Source: Patescibacteria group bacterium
Lineage (GTDB): Bacteria; Patescibacteriota; Minisyncoccia; 2-02-FULL-40-12; GWA2-44-9
DNA: 64,000 nucleotides
Assembly (NCBI GenBank): GCA_038064455.1
Contig: JBBTTB010000005.1
Coordinates: 21,983-85,982, forward strand
Direction of reading: 5' to 3'
Made by a program: the position numbers and the translations under genes. Position 1 is the first letter of the stretch, and every line of letters starts with the position of its first letter. Below the pieces are notes generated by a model, which was given only the letters and a program-made list of their open reading frames with translations, was not told the DNA's origin and did not search any database. Of this stretch, positions 18,552 to 27,547 are shown piece by piece.

Positions 18552-19634
18552 ATGTTGTATCGCACGCATCGTCCGCATACATTCGCTGATGTCGTAGGGC
18601 AAGAGCACGTTATTCGCACCCTCAAGGGCGCGTTAACGAGCGGGCGCATTGCGCATGCCTATCTTTTTACGGGCCCTCGTGGCACGGGAAAAACAACCCT
18701 TGCTCGCATTTTTGCAAAAGCGGTGATGTGTCAGAACCGTGGCGCAAGTGGTGAGCCTGATAATGCCTGTCCGCACTGTATCGCGGTAGATAACGGATCT
18801 TCCCTTGATCTTATCGAAATCGACGGCGCCTCCCATGGGCGCGTTGATGAAATCCGTGCGCTGAAAGAATCGGCATCGGTTGCCGCTTCAAGCGCGAATA
18901 AGAAGATCTTTCTCATTGACGAAGTGCACATGGTCACGACGGGCGCGTTTAACGCTCTTTTAAAAGTGCTTGAAGAACCGCCTTCGCACGTCATGTTTCT
19001 TTTCGCGACAACGGATCCACAGAAGATCCCCGCAACGGTGCTTTCGCGTGTCCAACGCTATGATTTGCGCCGTCTCACGATTACCGAGATTTCTGACAAA
19101 CTATTGCGCATCGCGAAAGAGGAGAAAATGCCCCTCAAGCCTGATGCCGCTCACGTGATCGCCGCCGCCGCTGATGGCGCGCTTCGCGATGCAGAAGTAC
19201 TTCTCTCGAAAATGCACGGCATGAACGTTCCGGCACTCGATGTTGCCACGGTCACCGACGTGCTCGGGCTCGTACCCCATGCATTGCATCCAGAGTTTTT
19301 TGGATACCTCGTGGCGAATGATCGTGCCAACGCACTCGCATTTTTAGCACGTATCACCGAAGCGGGGATTAATCTCGATATTTTTGCTCGCGATTTTCTT
19401 GAATACGCACGCGCCGCTATGATCGCTCACGCAAACCCAGCGCTCCTTGCGGGGGTGAGTGGCGTGCATGATCACGCAACGCTTACTGCGCATGGGCAGG
19501 CCTGCACACCAGAGCATCACATTCGCATCATCATGGCATTTACCGATGCCCGCGCGCGCATGCGCACCGCATCTCTTCCACAACTTCCCCTTGAGCTCGC
19601 AGTGCTAGAGCTTATGCTCCCAGTGCAAGGGTAA
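18552..19634 (+). CDS. dnaX: DNA polymerase III gamma/tau subunit (gamma-length)
   Basis: LYRTHRP, HAYLFTGPRGTGKT, IDEVHM and AFNALLKVLEEPP. Confidence 0.96.
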   Translation: MLYRTHRPHTFADVVGQEHVIRTLKGALTSGRIAHAYLFTGPRGTGKTTLARIFAKAVMCQNRGASGEPDNACPHCIAVDNGSSLDLIEIDGASHGRVDEIRALKESASVAASSANKKIFLIDEVHMVTTGAFNALLKVLEEPPSHVMFLFATTDPQKIPATVLSRVQRYDLRRLTITEISDKLLRIAKEEKMPLKPDAAHVIAAAADGALRDAEVLLSKMHGMNVPALDVATVTDVLGLVPHALHPEFFGYLVANDRANALAFLARITEAGINLDIFARDFLEYARAAMIAHANPALLAGVSGVHDHATLTAHGQACTPEHHIRIIMAFTDARARMRTASLPQLPLELAVLELMLPVQG

Positions 19635-19641
19635 ATAGCAT

Positions 19642-19982
19642 CTGGTTTTTTATAAAATATGTGGTAAAGTATGCAAGCTCTTGAATAGGAGGAGTCATGG
19701 AGCTTGTCGCGACGTTCCTAGGTGTAGCGCTGGCATACACCCTGATGCTCGTCTTCTCGGTTGCCGTGTTGGTGTACGGCCTCTTCTTGTGTGTCTCGGT
19801 GCTAGTATGGGATCGTGATTCACTTGGAGACATCGGCACCTCGGGGGTCATCGTTGTCGTGGGCCTGCGCCTCGCGTGGCTGATGTGGGACATCGGAGCG
19901 ATGCTCGGATCCCGTCTCCCTCCCATCTTCTAGCCACTCTGGCCGGACACGTATTCACTACGTGCCCGGCCTGGTTTTTTAT
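19642..19982. repeat. 12-bp direct repeat CTGGTTTTTTAT flanking the 19697-19933 cassette
   Basis: Identical copies at 19642-19653 and 19971-19982; low complexity, so chance is possible. Confidence 0.45.
19697..19933 (+). CDS. Small orphan membrane protein in an autonomous cassette
   Basis: Strong SD AGGAGG, two TM segments, followed by a terminator hairpin at 19941-19980. Confidence 0.65.
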   Translation: MELVATFLGVALAYTLMLVFSVAVLVYGLFLCVSVLVWDRDSLGDIGTSGVIVVVGLRLAWLMWDIGAMLGSRLPPIF

Positions 19983-20016
19983 TGCGAGAAGTTCTGTGGG
20001 TGCGTATACTGGAGAT

Positions 20017-21189
20017 ATGATCAATGTCATCTTGCTGGGGATCACATCACTCCTTACGGATCTTTCCAGTGAAATGATCGTCCCGATTCTCCCGTTCCTT
20101 ATTCAATCGCTTGGTGGCGGTGGATTGGCGATCGGACTCGCGTTTGGTGTAGGCGATGCCGTTGCGGCACTCATGAAGGTGTTTTCTGGATACTGGGCAG
20201 ACCGCACAAAGCGTTTTAAAACGTTTGTATTCGTCGGCTATTTCTTTTCTGCGTTTGCAAAGTTTTTCTACCCCTTCATTTCGAGCTGGCAAAGCATCGC
20301 CATTCTCCGTCCCATTGAACGCCTTGGCAAAGGGTTTCGTGACGCACCACGCGACGCCATCGTTTCAGAGTCGGTTCCTCCAAACATGCGTGGCAAAGCA
20401 TTCGGCGTCCAGCGTGCGATGGATAGCGTCGGCGCGCTCATTGGTTCCGTGGCGGTGCTGGTGCTATTTCTCATCTTTGGACTTTCTCTCCAAACGCTCT
20501 TTTTCTTTGCCGCACTGATTGGCATTGTCGCGGTGATTCCTATTTTCTTTGTGCGCGTGCCAAGCAACCTCACGCTCTCGCGCAAGCGCATTGGATTTCG
20601 CGAACTTCCTATAAAGGCGCGTTACTTCATCGCCATCGCAACCGTATTTGCCATTGCGAACTTTAGCAACGCGTTTTTCATTCTGCGTGCGCAGGGTTTA
20701 TTTACTGACCTTTCATTCCAAGATTCGCTTTCGTTGGCGTTGGTGCTCTACATCTTCTTTGGTATTTTTGACGCCGTATTTTCCGAACCTGCAGGCGCTC
20801 TCTCTGACCAGCTTGGCCGCCGCCGCATTATTCTCACGGGCTATTTGTTGTTTAGCGTCGTGTCGCTTGGGTTTATGGCCGTGCCGTATATTGCACACAC
20901 AACCGTTTCGCAATTTTTAGTGATGCTTGTGTTCTTTGCGCTCTATGGTGTCTTCCGTGCATTCATTGATGCATCACAGCGTGCTATGGTCGCTGATCTT
21001 TCGGATCCAGGGCAACGCGCAACAGCACTAGGAACCTTTGAAGCCGCAACGGGACTTGCTGCTATTCCTGCTGGTCTCATCGCTGGATTCCTGTGGGATT
21101 TCTCTCCTGCGCTCACCTTCGCACATGGGTTTGGCTTTAGTCTTCTCGCCAGCGCGCTCTTACTCGTGTTTATCCGCGACCAGAAATAG
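20017..21189 (+). CDS. MFS transporter
   Basis: SLLTDLSSEMI, SGYWADR, RLGKGFRDAPRDA and GALSDQLGRR; about 12 TM; ATG 20017. Confidence 0.9.
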   Translation: MINVILLGITSLLTDLSSEMIVPILPFLIQSLGGGGLAIGLAFGVGDAVAALMKVFSGYWADRTKRFKTFVFVGYFFSAFAKFFYPFISSWQSIAILRPIERLGKGFRDAPRDAIVSESVPPNMRGKAFGVQRAMDSVGALIGSVAVLVLFLIFGLSLQTLFFFAALIGIVAVIPIFFVRVPSNLTLSRKRIGFRELPIKARYFIAIATVFAIANFSNAFFILRAQGLFTDLSFQDSLSLALVLYIFFGIFDAVFSEPAGALSDQLGRRRIILTGYLLFSVVSLGFMAVPYIAHTTVSQFLVMLVFFALYGVFRAFIDASQRAMVADLSDPGQRATALGTFEAATGLAAIPAGLIAGFLWDFSPALTFAHGFGFSLLASALLLVFIRDQK

Positions 21190-21329
21190 AAAAAGGGGAC
21201 GGCGCTTAACGTTGCGCCGCCCCCTCCTGTTTCCGCAGTACCTCGGTTGGAGCTTTTCCCTGGAGCCTCCTCATGTGTGCGGTTATCATTTCGCGACTCG
21301 CGCCTTTGGCGCGCTCGCAGTGCTACGAA
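21190..21329 (-). ncRNA. Candidate ~140-nt sRNA (or 27-aa micro-ORF mRNA)
   Basis: Minus-strand TTGCTT-N16-TATGAT (21363-21336), a 5' GC hairpin and a terminator hairpin at 21194-21225 with a T tract. Confidence 0.45.
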
Positions 21330-21405
21330 GTCACTATCATACCATAAAAATAGAAAAAAGCAAAATGACTTTTTGTATCACTGCGCTACTATATAAAAAT
21401 CACTC

Positions 21406-21762
21406 ATGGGCACATTCCGTCTTCCTGAATCAGAAAAGGCATATCGCAACGCTATAGCACAAGGTGCGCTCGCAGGTGCGTGCCCGTTGTGCGCGAAAGA
21501 AGCTATAAAAACGTTTACGCACTGGCGCCTTATCGTAAACGATTTCCCCTACGACAAAATCGCACGCGTACACCACATGCTCATTCCGAAGCGATGCGTT
21601 CCAGAAGGCAGCCTCACATCAGAAGAGCGCGAAGAACTACTCACGCTTAAGAGCGGCGAGATCAACGAAGGCTACGAATATATTATTGAGGCATTACACA
21701 ACAAAAAATCCATCCCCGGACACTTCCATCTACACTGCGTCATTGTGCGACACGAGGAATAG
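21406..21762 (+). CDS. HIT-family protein
   Basis: CPLC zinc site, NDFPY, HHMLIPKR and the HFHLH histidine triad. Confidence 0.8.
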   Translation: MGTFRLPESEKAYRNAIAQGALAGACPLCAKEAIKTFTHWRLIVNDFPYDKIARVHHMLIPKRCVPEGSLTSEEREELLTLKSGEINEGYEYIIEALHNKKSIPGHFHLHCVIVRHEE

Positions 21763-21805
21763 TCTTGTTTGAAAAACACTCATCTTTCCTGTACTATGGC
21801 CCTAT

Positions 21806-21879
21806 TGCGGGGTCGTCTAATGGTAGGACAGCGGCCTTTGAAGCCGTGAATCTTGGTTCGAGTCCAGGCCCCGCAGCCA
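21806..21879 (+). tRNA. tRNA-Gln (anticodon TTG), CCA encoded
   Basis: Acceptor TGCGGGG/CCCCGCA, anticodon arm GCGGC-CTTTGAA-GCCGT, T-loop GGTTCGAGTCC, 3' G-CCA. Confidence 0.97.
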
Positions 21880-22037
21880 AGTCGAGATAGGCTTTCGTGC
21901 CAGAAGGGCGGATATCCTCTCGCGCACCCCACGCCTATGTCTAAGTTTGAAAATACATAAATGTCGGAGTATAGTTGACGAGTAGTAATCACTGTCGAGA
22001 CTTCTAAATTTATAATAGCTGCAATTAAAACAGACAT

Positions 22038-22436
22038 ATGTCAAAAGAAGGACTTCCCACAGGGGTAGATACGAGTGTAGAGAAGGGGCCTGATTCTATA
22101 GTAGAAAATGACAACCAAGAACGGTTCGCTTCCTTGGTAGCGAACCCAGTTTTTGCTAAGTTAGAAATAGCAGCCGCTGAATCTAACCCAGTGGTCTTAG
22201 GTGCAGCAGTGCGACAACTGTTTAAAGATATGAGTCTCGATGATCTGCGGCAGGCGATCGAGTTTTCAAAATCGGTAGTTTTGACTTTACGAGATTTAGC
22301 TAATACACCGGAGCAAATTAAGAGAAACAGGAGTGCTCCAGTCACTCGCCTCGATCATGCCATTCATAAGCTTGATAACTACGAAAGAGTAAGACGAAGT
22401 CTTAGTGGCATGATTGAACCCCCAAAGAATCCTTAA
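22038..22436 (+). CDS. Hypothetical protein
   Basis: 132-aa ORF, lower GC, upstream TATAAT. Confidence 0.6.
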   Translation: MSKEGLPTGVDTSVEKGPDSIVENDNQERFASLVANPVFAKLEIAAAESNPVVLGAAVRQLFKDMSLDDLRQAIEFSKSVVLTLRDLANTPEQIKRNRSAPVTRLDHAIHKLDNYERVRRSLSGMIEPPKNP

Positions 22437-22458
22437 GTCGTGATGATACAAAATACAC

Positions 22459-22677
22459 ATGATTAAAACTTTACCCGTGTGGGCAAAAATAGCTTGGTGG
22501 GCGAGTGTAGTTGTTATACTTGGCCTCGCGATCATAACAGTGGATACGTTAGCGGGGATTAACTCCGGAAGGTACGACTCAATGGCCTTTCTGGTTTTCA
22601 ACTATTTAGTTATCCCAGTTGGAGGACTTTTAGTGTTGGTTTGGGCCATTGTTTTCGTTGTCCGACGAAAGAAATAA
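22459..22677 (+). CDS. Small two-TM membrane protein
   Basis: Two hydrophobic helices and a basic tail RRKK. Confidence 0.65.
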   Translation: MIKTLPVWAKIAWWASVVVILGLAIITVDTLAGINSGRYDSMAFLVFNYLVIPVGGLLVLVWAIVFVVRRKK

Positions 22678-22710
22678 AATGAGAAATAAGGCGTATACTA
22701 CAGCCACTCA

Positions 22711-23337
22711 ATGGCTAATCAAATCACCCATGTTGCTTTAGCAGAAAAGAAGTATGACTCACTTTTCTCAAAATTTGGGAAAGAAGATTTTTTTATTGGC
22801 ACAGTATTCCCCGATATTAGATACCTGGGCGTCATAGACCGAGAAAGAACCCATAATACAAACTTTTTACTACCAGCTATACTCGATGGTGAAAACACTG
22901 CATTTCAAGCAGGAGTAAAGTATCACTGCCTCGTTGATGCAGTTCGGGAAAAGTTTATTATCGAACAGGGCCTCTACGCTTTAGTGCCACAATCAAAGTA
23001 TATTACTCAAGCGATAAAGTGCCTGGAAGATGAAATCTACTATCCCAAAGTGTCGGACTGGGCAGTATATGTTGCGATGCTCCACAAGACATTGCCGGAA
23101 GAAACTGCCTACGGGGTAGCATCCGATGATATTGCGCGTTGGCATAATCTTTTAGCGGACTATTTTCGTAAAACTCCAGACGATATAAGTCGCGAGGGCT
23201 TGATGATGAGTATTGGATTTCCAAAAACTGTAGCAGATGAGATCAATACCTTGGTTCGCCAGATGCGGGAGAGTGGGCCAGTTGTGGGTATCATCGCGCA
23301 GTTTTGGAACAACTTTGATGCGCTTCTCAATGAATAA
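22711..23337 (+). CDS. Zinc-dependent phospholipase C-like hydrolase
   Basis: N-terminal THVALA, FFIGTVFPDI, RTH and GVKYHCLVD match the Zn_dep_PLPC pattern. Confidence 0.55.
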   Translation: MANQITHVALAEKKYDSLFSKFGKEDFFIGTVFPDIRYLGVIDRERTHNTNFLLPAILDGENTAFQAGVKYHCLVDAVREKFIIEQGLYALVPQSKYITQAIKCLEDEIYYPKVSDWAVYVAMLHKTLPEETAYGVASDDIARWHNLLADYFRKTPDDISREGLMMSIGFPKTVADEINTLVRQMRESGPVVGIIAQFWNNFDALLNE

Positions 23338-23881
23338 TCTTGAAAAAATACGCGGCCTCTCTTGGCCAGATGTTGTAGACACTTGGCGTTCAACTGAAGA
23401 AAACCTAGAGCACTGGCAGAAGTTTTGGTCGGCGAAGGGCTTTTCATCGTGGCAGGCGTGGCGAGAGAAAACCCACGCCAACCTGCGAGGTCCCGAACTC
23501 TCCTGGGCGCTATACAAAGTATCAGACTCGCTCAATCAGGTGCCACAATGGCGAGGCGGAATGTTTCACTCGTGGGCTAAGTGGTTCTATCCGATGCTTG
23601 CCGAACAGCCGCCACGATTGAGAGATTTACTTGAACATCCAGGAGTGCATAATCACTGGTTCATCCGAGACATTGCCAAAACATTCCCTGCGGCCACGAC
23701 GATTATGGCGATACGAACCTCAAATGGAGATATTGTAATTGTTGAGGGGATGCACCGCTGTTGCGCATTAGCACTTCTTGCGCGCGATAAGAAATCTGTG
23801 GCTACCGAGCTGAATATTGTCCTTGCCGACTGGCCGTTTGGTGATATGCCGCGCCTAGGGAGCGGCTGGGAGAAACCATGA
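23330..23881 (+). CDS. Hypothetical protein with a ParB/Srx-like motif
   Basis: IVIVEGMHR resembles the ParB-N/Srx xxDGxHR motif; start overlaps the upstream stop. Confidence 0.5.
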   Translation: MNNLEKIRGLSWPDVVDTWRSTEENLEHWQKFWSAKGFSSWQAWREKTHANLRGPELSWALYKVSDSLNQVPQWRGGMFHSWAKWFYPMLAEQPPRLRDLLEHPGVHNHWFIRDIAKTFPAATTIMAIRTSNGDIVIVEGMHRCCALALLARDKKSVATELNIVLADWPFGDMPRLGSGWEKP

Positions 23882-24333
23882 AAAACCTCCCAATACTCTT
23901 TCTGAAAGCAGTCATCGTGCTCATCGGCATCGGTGCGCTGGCTTTTCTCCTTATAGAACCCCACTTTGAAGGCAGGAATGTAAATGCCACGCTCTTTCAG
24001 ATTTACTTTAACGATCCATTCTTAGTATATGCATACATTGCATCTATTCCATTCTTTGTGGCGCTTCATCGGGCATTCAAGGTGCTGGGGCACGTAAGGC
24101 GTGGCAACACATTCTCTCAAGCGACTCTGCGTGCGATGCGAACGATCAAACACTGTGCAGTAGCCATCATAGCTTTTGTTATTCCCGGGATCATCTTTAT
24201 TCGGTTTTTTAGTGGCAGTGATGACTCCGCCGGCGGAGTTGCCATGGGTGCCTTCGTTATCTTAGGCTCGCTTATCGCCGTAGCCACCACAACAACGATT
24301 GAGCATATTCTGCAGGATGCCGGTGGGCGCTAG
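23878..24333 (+). CDS. DUF2975-like membrane protein
   Basis: EPHFEGRNVNAT, NDPFLVYAY and FSQATLRAMRTIKHCA. Confidence 0.7.
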   Translation: MKNLPILFLKAVIVLIGIGALAFLLIEPHFEGRNVNATLFQIYFNDPFLVYAYIASIPFFVALHRAFKVLGHVRRGNTFSQATLRAMRTIKHCAVAIIAFVIPGIIFIRFFSGSDDSAGGVAMGAFVILGSLIAVATTTTIEHILQDAGGR

Positions 24334-24371
24334 TCGTTTGTGTTTCAGAGAGCTGGGCGTATACTGATGAC

Positions 24372-25031
24372 ATGATAGATACAGTTCCGCCGATTCCACC
24401 GCTGATACCGTCTCAAGCACCGTCCGACTCGGGTGGATCCAAGTACAAGCCCGTGTGGTCGTGGTTGGTTGGCATTTTGATCCCGATAGTCTTTTTTGCT
24501 TCGTGGATTGGCTTTTCTCGTCCCGGCTCACCCTTCGGAAATGGACTTACGGCGGCATACCTAGGGGCACTCACTGATATATTATTAGTATCGGCGCTAT
24601 GGCCGATGCTTATTGCGGTAAAAGTCGGTATTCCCTACATGGTTGTTGAGGCCGCCGGCTTCGGTTTGCCGTCACCGCTTGGGTTGCTCTTGAGCGGATT
24701 TGTCTGGATGCTTATCGGGAGGGGGTTATATGTGCTCTACCATTCGCGTCTTAAGATTATTTTTTGGCCCCTTATTCTTGCCGCAATTGGTGCGCTAGGA
24801 ATTGGCGCATATATCGGAACTGGAGATTTTCGTACGATAGAAAAGGCGAAAGAAACGAAAAATGTTTCATACTGCAATAGGTTTGAAGGCGAAGCGAAGG
24901 GGTATTGTCTGATTGATGTTGCGGTTGCCGCCAATGACCCGAGCATATGTGAAAACATACCCGGGTTTCAGCGTACCGCATGTTTTCGTAGTTTAGATGC
25001 GCCATACACACCCTTGCCGGGCATGAAGTAA
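24372..25031 (+). CDS. Membrane protein with C-terminal Cys repeats
   Basis: Four TM segments, then two Cys pairs (SYC..YC, SIC..AC). Confidence 0.65.
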   Translation: MIDTVPPIPPLIPSQAPSDSGGSKYKPVWSWLVGILIPIVFFASWIGFSRPGSPFGNGLTAAYLGALTDILLVSALWPMLIAVKVGIPYMVVEAAGFGLPSPLGLLLSGFVWMLIGRGLYVLYHSRLKIIFWPLILAAIGALGIGAYIGTGDFRTIEKAKETKNVSYCNRFEGEAKGYCLIDVAVAANDPSICENIPGFQRTACFRSLDAPYTPLPGMK

Positions 25032-25134
25032 GACAATGTGAGTAACGCGATATTTTTACTAGAGCTAAAAATTCAACTTACCTCTCGGTCACTATGCACT
25101 CTTTGGTAGCTCTCTTTTAGATGGAGAGGATCAG

Positions 25135-26715
25135 TTAATTCAGTTCGGCTGAACGGCGATCCTCATATCGCGTAATGCGACGACCTAAGAGAGCGGTTGT
25201 GCGACGTTCAAGTGCATTGGTAATAGCATCGTATCGCTCGTCATCCTTTTTTCCTTGAGCGGCCTGCGCGAGCTCAAGAAGCGCTTTTGCGTGCATGCGA
25301 GCCCAGCGGGCCTGCTGCTCCTGGTTCTCGTAATCAAGGCCTTTGTCGAGTTCCGCTTCCGACACTCCGGCTTCTTCTCGAGCCTTTCGGTCATGGTGCT
25401 TCCACGCTTCCAGAATTTCAGTTGTCCAGTACAGTTCTCGAGATTCGTTATCGGCATAACTATCGTATGCGTTGGCGGCACGACTGATCATGCCTCGATA
25501 GCTTAACCCTCGGCGAAGCGCGTCGCGGTGATCGGTAAATACATAGAGGTCGTCGATCCACGTTTTTTCCTCCATGTCTTCGTACTCAGGAGTACCCGAT
25601 GGTGGCAATTTCGTTTCCCGCACCTTGTCTGGAATAGGACGATCGGGGCGTTCTGGTTGGGCTGGTTTTTGGTCTTCTCCTTTTCTCCGACGTGGCAACA
25701 ACAAAGGAATGAAAAGAAGGAGAGGTACTGGTATGATCAGCGTTTCGCTCTTATCTCCTTCATAGCTTACGGTGATTTTTACCCCTCGTTTTGAGCTCAG
25801 AATTTCATCAAGGCGCCCTTTGTGTTCCAGTGGTTCATTGTTGTTATATTTACGAATGAGGTTAAATATCTTCTCAAGAGAATCAACGCCATTCTCATCC
25901 TTTGCAAGTTCTGCAAGCTCTGCCTGTTCGGATTCACTAAACTGAAGCTCTTCACCTTGCACCTGCATGGCGGCCGCTTCGAGTTGATCGGCGCTGATTC
26001 CTTTGCGGGCGAACCCTTCTCTCATCGCCTCAAGCGCATGAGAAGCGCGAAGCTCTCCGAGCGCGATATTTTCCTGATCAATGGCCTCTTGCTCTAACGT
26101 ATTCGCGCCTTTGTGTTCCGGACCCTCCGGTGAAGCCAGACCGGTTACGGCGATGCGGGTAATGCGTACATCCTGCAGTCCAGGTTGCTCGTGATGGAGC
26201 CCGTAGACTTCTTTACTCCGTGCGAATCCATAAAGCACGTCCGCGAGCTGTTTCTCCACCTCTTGATCCACGTATTGTACAAGACGTTCTTGCCCTTCAG
26301 GATCAACCGATGTTGCCGTGTCAAAGCCGCGACTGTATTCATAAGGCAAGTGAGCTGTGCGCTCCATTTCCTCTTTTATGTCTCGAGAGACTTCAATTTG
26401 GAAGGGGGCGATGAGTGACCATGGATTAAATCGAGTTTCACCCTTGTCGTCTTTGTAAAAAAATGCCAAATGACCGTCCGGCCACTTTGCTTCCCACCCT
26501 TGTTCCGCTACTGTTGTTTCGAGTTCTGCCTTATGAGTCTTTGCTTCGACGCTTCCAGCACCGCCAAGACCGGCAAACAGAGCGAGATAGGTGATTCCAG
26601 CCTGTTCGCGCATGCGTTGCGACCATAGCTTTAATCGCCTCGATTCTTGAGGCTCTTGTGTCTCAGCGGCCTCAACGTGACTAACCGGTTCATGTGAGAG
26701 AGGTGTTTTTTCCAT
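25135..26715 (-). CDS. Hypothetical protein with an OmpA-like peptidoglycan-binding motif and internal TM
   Basis: IAVTGLASPEG...NIALGELRA, then hydrophobic LIIPVPLLLFIPLLL-PRRRK. Confidence 0.6.
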   Translation of the reverse strand: MEKTPLSHEPVSHVEAAETQEPQESRRLKLWSQRMREQAGITYLALFAGLGGAGSVEAKTHKAELETTVAEQGWEAKWPDGHLAFFYKDDKGETRFNPWSLIAPFQIEVSRDIKEEMERTAHLPYEYSRGFDTATSVDPEGQERLVQYVDQEVEKQLADVLYGFARSKEVYGLHHEQPGLQDVRITRIAVTGLASPEGPEHKGANTLEQEAIDQENIALGELRASHALEAMREGFARKGISADQLEAAAMQVQGEELQFSESEQAELAELAKDENGVDSLEKIFNLIRKYNNNEPLEHKGRLDEILSSKRGVKITVSYEGDKSETLIIPVPLLLFIPLLLPRRRKGEDQKPAQPERPDRPIPDKVRETKLPPSGTPEYEDMEEKTWIDDLYVFTDHRDALRRGLSYRGMISRAANAYDSYADNESRELYWTTEILEAWKHHDRKAREEAGVSEAELDKGLDYENQEQQARWARMHAKALLELAQAAQGKKDDERYDAITNALERRTTALLGRRITRYEDRRSAELN

Positions 26716-26882
26716 AACGAAAAGTATACACCTTTTTCCATGATAAAAGGAGTATTCTGTACTTAATAGTGCGGCCTACATCAAGACGCTCCCGTAGGGG
26801 ATATTGACCCTTCCGATTTATTATTGTATCCTATATATCGATCTTTCCCCCGTACCTTTCTGGGGAGGAGGTGAGGAAGAAA

Positions 26883-26984
26883 ATGGCGCGCGACTGTTCG
26901 CACAGTGGCAAGTGCGGTACCAAGAACCACACCGGCAACAGCAGCCACGGCTGGTGCAAGTACTGCAAGAAGTGCAACAGCTGA
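26883..26984 (+). CDS. 33-aa Cys/His-rich peptide MARDCSHSGKCGTKNHTGNSSHGWCKYCKKCNS (below ORF-track cutoff)
   Basis: Promoter TTGACC-N17-TATCCT at 26804, SD GGAGGAGGTGA, terminator-like hairpin at 26998-27034. Confidence 0.65.
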   Translation: MARDCSHSGKCGTKNHTGNSSHGWCKYCKKCNS

Positions 26985-27049
26985 CGGCAAGGTCGTGACA
27001 TGGGGGAGGCTCGCATAGCTCCCCCATGTTTTTTACAAGGAGGCACAAA

Positions 27050-27277
27050 GTGGCTCAAGTGGGCAAGCCGTTTCACGAGCTGACGGAAAGCGAGGCGAAG
27101 AAGATCGTCAAAGCGATCGTGAGATCGTCGCACTCGGAGGAGGAAATCCGCCGGCGCCTGACGGAGGCGGGCTTCAGCGGAGCGAGTGCGCTCATCGCTG
27201 CAGACAGCTGCTGCAATGGGTTCCAGGTGATGGTTCGCTCCCCACGTGGGAAGACCATCAGCATCTCGGCTCACTAA
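27050..27277 (+). CDS. Small orphan protein (75 aa)
   Basis: SD AAGGAGG before a GTG start; GC3-rich codons. Confidence 0.65.
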   Translation: MAQVGKPFHELTESEAKKIVKAIVRSSHSEEEIRRRLTEAGFSGASALIAADSCCNGFQVMVRSPRGKTISISAH

Positions 27278-27287
27278 GGAGGACGTC

Positions 27288-27437
27288 ATGAGCGTTCGAG
27301 AACAAGCAGAAGAAGTCGTCGAGACGCTCGACGACGCGACGTTCTTCACCGCGCTTCAGGCGGAGTGCGAAGAAACGCTCTTCCTCCTGAGGACCCGAGG
27401 ACCGAGGGGTGGAACACGCTCATGCGTGCACGCATGA
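27288..27437 (+). CDS. Small orphan protein (49 aa), possibly a decayed gene
   Basis: SD TAAGGAGG before the ATG; terminator at 27513-27541. Confidence 0.5.
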   Translation: MSVREQAEEVVETLDDATFFTALQAECEETLFLLRTRGPRGGTRSCVHA

Positions 27438-27547
27438 GCACTCTGCATCAGCTCACTGGAGCAGCCCTCGGCAAGAACAAGAAGTAGCACAACCTCGGTC
27501 TCAACGACGCACGGCGGCTAGCGATAGCCGCCTTTCTCTTTGCAAAA

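Noticed and set aside
26982-27034. Selenocysteine read-through of TGA followed by a hairpin (SECIS)
   Set aside because: The hairpin has a T tract like an intrinsic terminator, read-through would run out of frame into the next SD-led gene, and no sel genes are seen.
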